From: Octopus vulgaris
Lineage: Eukaryota
Length of the DNA: 64,000 nucleotides
Assembly: GCA_951406725.2 (NCBI GenBank)
Contig: OX597827.1
Coordinates: 58,218,001 to 58,282,000, forward strand
Direction: 5' to 3'
Shown here: piece by piece, positions 1-11,216 of the stretch
How the letters are laid out: each line of letters starts with the position of its first letter
Numbering within the stretch: the stretch's first letter is position 1
Notes under the pieces: generated by a model
Databases searched by the model: none
What the model was told of the DNA's origin: nothing
Seen by the model: only the letters and a program-made list of their open reading frames with translations
Made by a program: the position numbers and the translations under genes

Positions 1-300
1 ATGATTAGATCGTAGCTTCTGTGCAGTTTGGTAAAGACTTTTGTTATATGGTAGAAGCATATATTTATGGGATCCGGATTCTCGAGATGACTGATGCTGT
101 GTGGAAATGAAATGACTTCATCATTTGTGGAAGCAATACAAACAAGTTACATAATGTGTACTTTGTAAATTAAAATAAGAATGTGTGGTATTGGCTTTTT
201 TTGTCATTGTGGAAGATTCAACAATAATAATAATAATCCTTTCTACTATAGACACAAGGCCTGAAACTTTGTGGGAGGGGGCTAGTCAAAAGTTTATCGA

Positions 301-1621
301 AATTTTCCAAGCTGAAGTGCTGAGTAATTTCACTTTTTTCAGAAAAATGTTTCTAAAAAGTTATAGAGGCTTAAAATTTGATCATTTTCACCCGATCAGG
401 AAACAGGATTTGGAAGTTGTAATTTTGTGTGACTGCAAAATTTGTTGTCAACATCCTGAAAATAGCACGTGTTGTCAACATTTGTAAACAATACGTCTTT
501 TGTAGTTTGAAGCATTCAATATGCATTTAATGTGTCAGCAGTTATTTAGCTGTTATTTTTAGCACACCTAATAACCACTCAATGACAAAAAGAAACGTTT
601 AAACAAGTAGTTTTAAGCATTCAATATGCTTTTAATGCAAATGCGATGAACAACATGTTACATGCAATAAACACATTACAATTTTTTCTCACAAATGGTT
701 TCAATACAGTTTCAACAAAGATTTGGAAGAATTAGATGAACGTTCTCCAGTAATTTTCTTTTGTATAAATAAATGTTTTAGTTAATTAAAAAATTTGCCA
801 GCATAATCTTATAAAATGACAATGTTGTTAAAGATGTACATGTTTATGTGTTATATATGCAAATAAGAGTGAACAAAATATGCTTAAAAACAAGCATTTA
901 AGCATGCAATAAGCAGCACATTACAAAATATTTTAAAAATTAAAAACGAAAGTTAGAAATGCATTCAATTAATATCAAACAAATCACAATTTTCGTATCT
1001 CCTGCACCACATAAATTCACAGAGATATGAATCTACCATAGAATGGTGGCTGCCACGGCGTCGTTTATTACTTCACTTCACAGAGGCCTATGCATTCGCC
1101 ACTTGTTGAGTGTGGGTACCATCTTTTGGGTTAACAAGAAAAATGAAAGAGTAAACAACACGCCTTTTGTAATTTTAAGCATTTAATATGCATTGATTGT
1201 GATAGCTCAAACTTAAAAGATTTATCTAAAAACAAAACAGCACATTACAAGTTAAATATTTTTACGAAACAAACATTTTGTTGACCAGTTCATTGAAAAT
1301 GAAAGTTAAAAATGCATTCAATCAGTTTCTCAAACAAATCACAATTTTCATACATCCTGTGCTCCATAAATTCACATGCTTTCTCGCAGACAAAAGAGTT
1401 CTCATGCTCTTCTTGTTACTATGGAAACAGGCATGAATGTGTCTGTGGCTTTCGATTGGCTAAAATTACCAAAATTTTGAAACTTTAATTGCTAATAACT
1501 TTATGTATTGATTTATAGCAAAAATGATTTTCATATTATTCATTAACCAGTAAAAATGTGTCATTACACTGAATATGAAATCAATTTGAACAGAATTGAT
1601 GCTGGTAGCAAAACCAACTAG
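301..1621 (+). mobile_element. Putative non-autonomous Helitron/Helentron-like element with internal duplications
   Basis: Interrupts SINE-A sequence (tail at 225-300, body resuming ~1622). Ends in CTAG (1618-1621) after a small hairpin tgctggtagca (1600-1610). Internal imperfect repeats 488-533/1155-1200 and 913-1021/1237-1376. The left boundary is approximate. Confidence 0.4.
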
Positions 1622-2399
1622 ATTTGAATTTCAACTTAGAATGTAAAAGTGGATGAAATACCGCTAAGCATTTTGTTTGGCATGCTAACAATTCTACCAG
1701 GGCCAGTAATTTCGGGGGTGGGGCTTATTCAATTAGATTGACCCCCACTGCTCAACTGGTACTTATTTTATTGGCTTCAAAACAACAAAAATTTGAACTC
1801 GGAACATAAAGATGGTCAAAATGCATTTTGTCCAGCATGCTAACAATTCTACCAGCTCACTGCCATAATAATAGTAATAATAACATAGTGTTGTAAAGTT
1901 TCACATTGCAGGACCAGTAAATTATATGTAAAACATGTTCAAGCTGTATATAACATGTTAAAGCATGTATTCTACAAGGAAAGTCAAATTATTCAGCTTT
2001 GAAATGTTAAATTGTATTTTCATTAGGTGTTATATTCTCGTTTAGAAATTGTCTGTGGGATGTGGAGTGGGGAATAGACGTTATTAAGTTCTTAGTCAAC
2101 AGAGTGGTAAAGAAGAATGGCACATTGTATTTTCAGATGGAACAGTATCTCACTAGTGTATGTTGATATTGTAAAGAAGAGGAATTATCTCAAAAGTATT
2201 AATGGAAATGGAGCAGGTATGGATGAGTTAAGCAGCTTGCTTTTCAGATTCATTCCCAATACATTTCTGGGGCAAGTATCTTCTATTATAGCCCTGGGCG
2301 GACCAATGCTTTGTGAGTGAATATGATAGACAGAAACTGTGTGGAAGCCCATGCTTTGTGAGTGATTGTAGATTGCCTGTAGATTGATTTCAAATTCTG

Positions 2400-2752
2400 T
2401 CACAAGGTCAGCAATTTTGGGGAGGGCATAACTTGATTACATTAACTCCAATACTCAACTGGTACCTATATTGTCAACTCCAAAAGGCTGAAAGGCAAAG
2501 TTGACCTTCACAAAATTTGAACTCAAAATGTAAAAATGAACAAAATGGCACTAAACATTTTGCCCAGCATGCTAACAATTCTGCCAGCTCACTGGATTTA
2601 TTTGCTTTTAAATTTTGGCCAGCAATTTTGAGGGAGTGGGTAGGTTGATTACATTGAGCTCAGTGCTTAACTGGTTTTTATTTTCTTGACCCTAAAAGGA
2701 TGAAAGGCAATGTCAGCTCTGGCAGTATTTGAACTCAGAACATAAAGTTGTA
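2400..2752 (-). mobile_element. Cluster of degenerate SINE-A copies
   Basis: Contains family motifs tgaaaggcaaagttgacc / tttgaactcagaa / catgctaacaattctgccagctc, which recur throughout the window. Confidence 0.75.
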
Positions 2753-2786
2753 TATTTAAGACTTAATCACTATGCCATATGCCCAT

Positions 2787-3035
2787 GGGTATATGGCATA
2801 GTGGTTAAGAGTGTGGGCTACTAACCCCAAGATTCCGAGTTCGATTCCAAGCACTGACTTGAACACTAACAATAATAATAATAACAGAAAAATACCTTAG
2901 GAATGAGAACCCAGGTTCGAAATTTCCCCAAGACGCCTGAAGAAGGCTGGAGGGTATATCAGCCGAAAAGTTGTGTTAACAACAAACAAGATGTTTGTTA
3001 ACAAACAAACAATATCCATCGAATGTAAATAATGT
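2787..3035 (+). mobile_element. tRNA-headed SINE-like element with hammerhead-containing (Penelope-like) tail
   Basis: A box TGGCATAGTGG, anticodon-like stem-loop gggCTACTAAccc, B box GTTCGATTCC, (aat)n linker, then a hammerhead motif at 2932-2977. Confidence 0.7.
2932..2977 (+). ncRNA. Minimal type I hammerhead ribozyme (Penelope-type), one core-adjacent substitution
   Basis: Stem I gacgc(2932-36)/gtgtt(2973-77); core CTGAAGA (2937-43); stem II ggctg...cagcc; GAAA (2965-68); agtt, one change from the palindromic GAAACGTT stem III/cleavage triplet. Confidence 0.65.
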
Positions 3036-3157
3036 CAGAAAATGAAGATGGACAAAATGCCATTAAACATTTTGCCCGGCATGCTAATGATTCCACTAGC
3101 TCACCGTCTTCATTGTGCTTGCAAATCAGCAGGTCGGCAAAAGAGAAAAAAAGTACC

Positions 3158-3187
<30 letters not shown>

Positions 3188-3188
<1 letters not shown>

Positions 3189-3539
3189 CATCATCATCAT
3201 TTAGCGCCCGCTTTCCATGCTAGCATGGGTTGGACGGTTCAACTGGGGTCTGTGAAGCCACCAGGCCCAGTCTGATCTGGCAGTGTTTCTACAGCTGGAT
3301 GCCCTTCCTAACGCCAACCACTCCGTGATTGTAGTGGGTGCTTTTTACGTGCCACCCGCACAGGTGCCAGACGGAGCTGGCAAATGGCCACGGACGGATG
3401 GTGCTTTTTACGTGCCAATGGCACGGGGGCCAGGCGAGGCTGGCAACGGCCACGAACGGATGGTACTTTTTACGTGCCACCGGCACGGGGGGCCAGGCGA
3501 GGCTGGCAACGGCCACGAACGGATGGTGCTTTTTACGTG
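3188..3539. mobile_element. Repeat family D ((CAT)n-ended, GGATGCCCTTCCTAACGCCAACC motif) with internal minisatellite
   Basis: Nearly identical in its first part to 21348-21502; related copies at ~18880-19100, 27806-28050, 43280-43560 and 51942-52220. Confidence 0.75.
3338..3539. repeat. GC-rich minisatellite, ~62-bp unit, 3 full units plus a partial
   Basis: Each unit starts gtgctttttacgtgcca and ends ggccacg(g/a)acggatg. Confidence 0.9.
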
Positions 3540-4520
3540 ATATATATAAAGTACTGGGGTTGATTTGTTTGACTAGACCCTTCAGAGTGGTTCCCTAGCA
3601 TGGCTTACAGTCCATTGACTGAAACAAGTAAAAGATAAAAGGCCAATGTCAGTGAGGAAACAGTCGATTTAGTCTGATAGCTTTTGTGTTCCATATGTAA
3701 CTCCAGAATGAAGTCTGTGCAAAAGATATAGCTGCCCTTGGTGTATCCATTTTAGGTGTGTTCAGATGTACATACGCAGGTCAGATTACACTATGCATCA
3801 GATGAAGTTTTTAAGTGCAAACAATTTTTTTTTTTAAATGTGTTGCTGGTGCTCTGTGTGATTTATTTATGGAATGTATTATTATCTTTTTATCATATCT
3901 ATTTTCCTTACCCTTAGATAGGGTTACACTGCACAGTGCACAATATAGGGGTACACTGTGCAGATACGAGTACACTGCACAGTGTGCACAGGATACACTG
4001 CACAGTGACTCAGAGAGTCCTATGGGTCTAGAGACTCAATCTTGATCTAAGTATGCCTTGAATTGCTGTCAATAACTAATGACTACAGGGCCCAATGCAC
4101 TGATTTTTTCAGGGCTTTCACTGGTTTAAGTGCCCAGTTCTAATCTATGTATTCTGTGGCTGGCTGTCACAGTAAAAAAAGAACACATACCATAGAGTCC
4201 AATGCATTGGTTTGGTGGTAGTGGTGGTGGGCTCTAATGGTGCTAAAATGGCCCTGCTTTTAGACCTATGAATCTTGCTTTTGTCAGAATTGTTTTTGTA
4301 GCTAAAATCTCTTTTTGTGAATTTCATTTCAGTCATTTACTTGAATGCAGAAATATTCTCATCTAGTAGGATATGCTAATTTACCATCATTACTAAATTT
4401 GGAGATAGATTTTGTGTGGAATGTTAGAGGTCAGGTCACTACTGTTTAGTGATGGTACTGATGATTGCTATACTTACTAATAGTTGTTTATTCCAAAAAG
4501 AAACCAATAATTTGGGAGGT

Positions 4521-4748
4521 TTAACCCTTTAGAATTCAGATTTCTTTGACAGATGTATTGTTTATTTATTTACATTGTTTTGAATTAATCATGGATTATC
4601 TTGTAGCTTTGAGATTTCAATGGTGTGTTTGTATATTTTTAGAATGACATTGTAGAATATATGTGAGAGGCTGGATCCGGTCAGTTTGAACATAAAATAG
4701 ATAGAATTTTTTGGCTGGATATGGTCATATTAAATGCTAATGGGTTAA
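4521..4748. mobile_element. piggyBac-type MITE family P1
   Basis: ttaaccctttag...ctaatgggttaa; TTAA on both sides; CCC/GGG termini. Confidence 0.75.
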
Positions 4749-5022
4749 ATTGGTGAAAAATGATTGGTTGAATAAGTGAAGAGTTTTAGAGTTGAGAGTA
4801 GGAAATTGAGATATTTAATACATCTCTCAAACATCATTGTAGTAAATGGATCTTGTTACTAGAAATTAAATCTAGGTGAAGAATTCTATTCACTGGAAGC
4901 CAAAATTTCACCACAAAATTTCTTAGTAGTAAATTCTAATGTCTAATGATACAGCATTGTTCTCATACTTTGTATTCATATACCATTGTCATCATCGTCA
5001 TTGTTAGAATATTCAGTTTTCT

Positions 5023-5253
5023 AGGGTGGCAAGCTGGCAGAAACATTAGCACGCCAGGCGAAATGTTTAACAGTATTTTGTCTTTATGTTCTGAGTTCAA
5101 ATTCAGCCGAGGTCAACTTTGCCTTTCATCCTTTCAGGGTCGATTAAATAAGTACCAGTTATGTACTGGGGGTCAATGTAATCGACTTAATCGTTTTGTC
5201 TGTCCTTGTTTGCCCCATCTATGTTTAGCCCCCCTGTGAGCAATAAAGAAATT
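5023..5253 (+). mobile_element. SINE-A, full length (tRNA-like head plus Nin/Deu-like core)
   Basis: Head agctggcagaaacattagc, B-box-like gagttcaaattc, core cctttcatcctttcagggtcgattaaataagtaccag, A-rich tail. Confidence 0.85.
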
Positions 5254-6375
5254 AATATTCACTTTTCTATGCTTTCATGGGTCTGATTGAGTCTCTTGAC
5301 ATAGATTTTCTGTGGTCAGATGCCCTTCCTGATGGCAACCCTCACCTCCTGTTTCTAAGTAAGGTAATATTTCCTCATGGTCAGACATGCTTTTGCAGAA
5401 TATTATTGGAAATGAACGACGTTAACTTATATGATAGTGACAATCATTTACAGTTATCACACGATTTCAAGACGAGGAAGCACAAATACCTGTGCACGCG
5501 TGCAACTGGCTTTTAGTTTCTGTCTACCAAATCCCCTCACAGGGCTTTGGTTGGCCTTTGGCTATAGTAGAAGACACTTGTACAAGGTGTCACACAATAG
5601 GACTGAACTCAGAACCATATGGTTAGGAAACCAACTTCTTACCTTGCAACCACACCTGTGCCTATGTTTAGTAAAAGAGAAAAAATAGAAAATTTTGTAC
5701 AGTAAAGGACTCTTAACTACTTGATCATATGATCAACTTTGCTAGAGCTGTTGTGTTATTTTCATGAGCGTAATCTATCAAAAGAGAACTGGTTCTTCTA
5801 CTTCATTGTTAGGTGTCTTCCTTCCATCTACTATACCCTGTTCCCTAAAAGACATTTTCACATGCTATCATTAAAAACAATAAAGTTAATAGGCAAAGAA
5901 TTACATTTCATGATCCAATATCCACATAACCTAGCAACTACACATCCAGCTATTTGCAAAACCTTCAAAAAAAAAAAAAGGGGGGGGGGGGAAAGCGTGA
6001 GGAAAGTAGCTGATTATACCAATCCTGGTACTTTATTTTATTGTCCTTGGAAGAACAAAAGCAAATTTAACCTCAGTGCAACTTGAACTCAGAACATAAA
6101 GAGCTACAGTAAATACTGCAAAGCATTTTTTCCCAGAGCCCTACCAACTCCAACTTCTGAACAGCTGTACTGTATCAGGATTTCTCCCTTCTGGTTAACA
6201 CAGACATCATCGTATATGTAGTCTAAACTCTCTGCAATAACAATTTATTTTACTAAAGTATACATTATATTCCAATCCCCTAACACATTTCAGGGAATAA
6301 ATAACACCAAATAGTTGCCAAATTCATTTGCATATCTTTACTTTGAACTCTTGTTTGTACGGGTGGCGCTTAATA

Positions 6376-6606
6376 TTAACCCCTTTGTAACCATAGTTCT
6401 GTTGAGATGATCTGTGTTTCTTTCAATTAATTGTAAATCTTACAGAGAATTTAGTAAAATAACGTCGTTATCGTTAAGCTAGTGTTTAGGAACATAAATT
6501 GTGACTAAGGTTTGGTGGAAGAATTTAATTCAGAACTTTTGAAGACAAGACATTTGAATTATAGCGCCAGAGGGGGTTTCAGGCAGGTTGGTATCAAAAG
6601 GGTTAA
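6376..6606. mobile_element. piggyBac-type MITE family P2
   Basis: ttaacccctttgtaacca...tggtatcaaaagggttaa; homologous to 33109-33570 and 36117-36346. Confidence 0.8.
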
Positions 6607-7386
6607 TGCAGCTGGTGAACCAATGATTGGTCCAGAAGAGTCCTTTTCTGAATTTAAATGTTCAGCCTGTCAATTGTTTATGAATATATATCTTTCATCT
6701 TTAGCTTGCTTCATTCATTTGACTGAGGCCTTGTTGGGGCACCACCTTGACAGGCTTAGTTGAACAAATTGATCCTAGTAGTCTGGTACTTATACTATTG
6801 GTCTCTTGTTGAATCCCCTAATTTACAGGTTTGTAAACAAACCAAACACACTCATACACACACGTATATTAATTTAAAGTATCATCATCATTTAACTTCT
6901 TGTCTTCCATATGACAAGCTTCCACACAATCTCCATCTACCAAATGCATTCATAAGACATTAGTTGGCTCCAGGGCCACAGTAGAAGACACTTGGTGATG
7001 CTCAGTGGAACTCAGCTTGAAACCACGTGGTTGCAAAAGCAATCTTCTTAACCACACAGCAATACTTGTGTCTATAAGTTATGGTGGCTATGGGAGTTGA
7101 AGAAAAAAGTTTAACTGCCATACTGCACCTTAACATACCTGATAGCATTTAGCATGATTTTAGACCAGGTTAATGCATATTATATTCCGGATGCCTAATC
7201 ATACCTTGTTCCCTGATGTTTGACCAACTTCTCACATGCTAATGCTCAACACAAACAGAAATGGATAATCAACAATTTAGCTGACCATAAGGTCCCTAGT
7301 GACACACCACTATATGGCAGGCATATGAATGGAGCCAGAATCTGAGAACTAGTCTAGTTGATTATTGACTTTCAACCAATGTACTT

Positions 7387-7387
7387 C

Positions 7388-7423
<36 letters not shown>
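7387..7423. repeat. (AAT)n microsatellite
   Basis: Direct reading. Confidence 0.95.
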
Positions 7424-8574
7424 TGATTTTTATATCCTGTTTTATTTTTGTGTGTTTTTTTCTTCTTTTCCTTCCTTTACTTTTATTTTTAACATGTTGC
7501 TACAATTAAACCTTAGAAAGATGATTATAAAACAGTGAATATGTAATGAGAAATCAGTGTAGCAGTTAAGCTTATTGATTTCTGCATTAAATCCGTATGT
7601 TGACAGGATGCACTATTGAAGAGAGACTGTTTTAAAAAGGAAATCTTGGTGAATGTTAACGACTCCTCCTCTATCATGTAAAATGAGATTTAACACAGAA
7701 ATTACATTTCAAGGCTGGTGCAAAAGCAGTTTCAGATGAGCACAAAGTAAGGAATAAGATGAAGAATGGGACAAGCGAGGGTTAGGATAACAGTAATAGT
7801 TTTCACTGTTGGGTAACTTTATATTGATTTATTCGAGGTGCTTACCTGTTAGAATATTAGCTTTTCCTTGCAGATATTGTTTAAAATGCATTGCAAGTTG
7901 GTGCTAAGTCATTTTTTTCGTATGCAGTTGAATGCGGGGAAACCATGAGTATTTGATTACATTGGCACTCAGAGAAATGGTATAAATGTGGGTGTATGTG
8001 TTATGTACACACATCTATATTTGAACGCTTGCCTATTAATAAAACAAAAAGCCACACATTAGCATGTATTTGCACAGACATTGCTGTGGGATGAGAAGTT
8101 TGCCTCTCAACCACATGGTTTCAGTTTCAGTCTGAGTGCATGACACCTTGGGCAAATGTCTTCTATTACAGACCCAGGTATATCTTTGCAAGTGGCTTTG
8201 GTAAATGGAAACTGAAGGAAGCCCTTTGTGTGTGTTTTTGTGTTTCCTTGCCTTGACATCACATGACAATTGTAAGTGATTGTTGTTGCAAGTTCTACCC
8301 ATTGTTCCCAATCTTCCAAGACATGTCTGGTTTTGAGGAAATATAACTTTACTTGGAAACAAATGAGGGTTGGCAACTGGAAGGGCATCCTACCATAGAA
8401 AATCTACCTCAACAAATTCCATACGACCTCACCAGTAGGGGATGCAGTATTATTGGTTAGTCGCGAAATTGTGATTGACCTGCTAATTGATAACTGATGA
8501 GGAGTTGGCAACCATCTGTATCTATTTCCCTTTTGTTTGTGCAATTATTATGTTTCTAACTTATATATCACCGT

Positions 8575-8869
8575 GATCACCATGACCGACCAGGCTATCA
8601 GATGTTGCTACACATCGCTGGTCACAATGCGCTTTGCATTGTTTTAGCCTTCAAATGACGTCACCCCGCTGGCTAAGCGAGCAGGCCAACAGGAGAAAGT
8701 TGTGGCAGAAGAGTACAGCAGGTATTCCCCCCCCCCCCCCTGCTGGAGCCTTGTGGAGCTTTGGGTGTTTTCGCTCAACAAAAACACAAAACACCCAGTC
8801 TGGGAATCGAATCTGCAATCCTACGACCACAAGTCCGCTGCCCTAACCACTGGACTATTGCGCCTCCAC
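8575..8869 (-). mobile_element. SINE-C (tRNA-derived head TGGAGGCGCAAT...)
   Basis: Reverse complement matches the head of 63008-63385; (GGTCAC/GGTGAT)-type tail. Confidence 0.8.
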
Positions 8870-8871
8870 AA

Positions 8872-8914
<43 letters not shown>

Positions 8915-9339
8915 ATAGACAACAGTCGAAGGCAGGTGGGAAACAAACAAACAATTGTATTAGTATGGCGCTCAGGAAATATAAATAAAACAAGTCTTTA
9001 ACGTTTCAAGCCTATATATATACACACTATTAATGCACTGCTGGAAACTTCATGTAATGTCAATCAAACACAATTATGCTCGAGTACATTCCTTTTGCAT
9101 TTTCAATGTCCATGAAGGTAATTTAAACTAAGCAGTTAGCTGCAAATATTTAACATTTATAGACAATGCACATGTCTGTATAACTGGCTCATAGAGGTGG
9201 GTTTAAATGTAACCTTCAACCTTCTTGTCTGTATGCAAGAGGTAATAGAAAGAGGTTTAGGAGGGAAATTAAAACTGGTATTATCATATACCTTGGCCCC
9301 TAATCATCAGCAAGTAATAAATCAGCTAACTTTACTGGC

Positions 9340-9568
9340 TTAACCCTTTAGCATTCAGATTACTCTCTCAAATGTAATGCTTATTTATTTGCATTGTTTT
9401 GAATTAATCGTGCACTATCATCATAGCTTTGAGATTTCAGTGATGTGATTGTTAATTTTTACAATGACATTGTAGAGTAGGTGTGAAAGGCTAGATCTGG
9501 TTGGTTTAACAATAAAACAGGGAGAATATTTAGGTTGGATATGGCCAGTTTAAAAGCTAAAGTGTTAA
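9340..9568. mobile_element. piggyBac-type MITE family P1
   Basis: ttaacccttttagcattcagattac...ctaaagtgttaa; homologous to 4521-4748. Confidence 0.75.
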
Positions 9569-10240
9569 GGTGCTACTGCTAAATTGGGATTTCTCTTGTA
9601 GTGTGATATTGGCTGACCATATTATAGAATTTGTGAGTTCTTGATTGGGACACTATGATAAATGAATAACACAAGCCTTGTAGTTTGTTTCCCTTTTGCC
9701 AAAATTTTAAGTTTGTATAAATGAGATATCTTCACTGCTTGACTCTATCTCTCTCTCTCTCATGCACACATAAATGATGTTGGACTAGGATTTTGTTGAT
9801 GCTAGGCAATGTTGTTCCACTTTCATGTGATAATTAATGTTGAGTCTCTGTCAAAGCTTTCCAGACCTCATAGTATAAGATCGCCTTCTGCATACAAGCT
9901 TTGATACACCTACTACAGCAGCTCTATACTTCACATCTAATTGACTGGATACCTGTTTGATCTATCAAGTCTGACTGACTTGGGGCTAAACAGTGACAAC
10001 CTTCAAATAAATACGATATGTTTTTGAAGGATGTATCTTTCTTCAAAGCTAAGCAGGATGCACGTGTTGCTTTGACTACACAATGGCCATTGCATATATG
10101 CAGTTACTTTCCAATAAGTGTACTTGAATATAGCTATAAATACATTAAAACATATTGAGCTGAGTCAACAATAACTCCTGTTTCTGTTTTCCAATGTTAT
10201 ATTCATATAAAGAACAAAAACAAGCTATTTACCACTTAAC

Positions 10241-10278
<38 letters not shown>

Positions 10279-10789
10279 GGTTGTCAGGTTGTCATTCCAC
10301 CTGTCTCTCTCTACCCCCCTTTCTCTCTCTCTCTCTCTTTCATACACACACTGCACACAGCTTATATTCCATTGATTAGTTTGTTTCACCAATCTTTTTT
10401 CCCTCTTGAATGTAATTTATTTTTCCACAAGGTGAGAAATTATTTGATGGAAAGTAATGAAAAAAAAAAATTCGGATTTTCACATCTAAGAGAATCACAC
10501 CAAGCCCACAAGTTAGTTTTTATGTGATTGCTTGCTTGACCTACCAGAAATAGCAGCCAACTCTCATTCAAATCGTACCCTGCCATCCTAAAAAAAGCGG
10601 GAAGGAATCAGGCGATATAGTTCTTTTTCTTTCGAAATTATGGGATGGTCACAGTTTGAATGTCTATTTCAAGGAATGAACAACAATCCCACTAGTTTGT
10701 GAATGCTGAATGGAAGGTCTAAAACCATCGTTCCCAATCTCTGCCAAGAACCCCTTTTATTTAAACTAGTGGGCCTCAACAATCTTTTG

Positions 10790-10838
10790 CCAGCAGAGTA
10801 AAATAGGAAACCCTTGGATTCCTATTTTACTCTGCTGG
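10790..10838. repeat. Perfect 20-bp inverted repeat with a 9-nt loop
   Basis: ccagcagagtaaaataggaa (10790-10809) / ttcctattttactctgctgg (10819-10838). Confidence 0.95.
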
Positions 10839-10862
10839 AACTCCATAGCCACTCAGTGTATA

Positions 10863-11216
10863 TATGAGGGTGAGTCAAAAAGTAATACCATTTTATTTAT
10901 GATGGGTATAATTACCAACACAGGAGCATGTATCATACATCAAAATGAAGTTGGTCCTCTGTGGATCACATCTCTACTTCTCAACATAGTCACCGTTTCT
11001 CTCAATAGCAACGTTCCACCTTCGAATGAGAGCATGTATCCCCCTCCCCCATAAAATTTTGTTGACTGTTCTTTGAGCCACTTCTTCACTACAGTTTTCA
11101 CATCCTCGTCACTGGACTATCATCTCTTCGGCCCCGTGAAAGAGGGTTTGAGAAGCAAACATTATTCCAGTGATGAGGAAGTGAAAGCTGTAGTGAAGAT
11201 GTGGCTCAAAAAACAG
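10863..11216. mobile_element. Mariner (Tc1/mariner) transposase 3' remnant in fold-back arrangement
   Basis: TIR-like tatgagggtgagtcaaaaagt. The minus strand gives SDEDVKTVVKKWLKEQSTKFY and GIHALIRRWNVAIERNGDYVEK*. The plus strand gives DYHLFGPVKEGLRSKHYSSDEEVKAVVKMWLKKQ (DYHLF is part of the mariner YSPDLAPSDYHLF motif). Confidence 0.9.

Noticed and set aside
2787-2854. tRNA gene (also the heads at 53363, 59504 and 63011)
   Set aside because: A and B boxes are present but there is no complete acceptor stem, and each runs into a SINE body; they are SINE heads.
3283-3598. Repetitive 75-86 aa ORFs and a CRISPR-like periodicity
   Set aside because: This is a tandem minisatellite within a repeat family; the units have no unique spacers and the context is eukaryotic.
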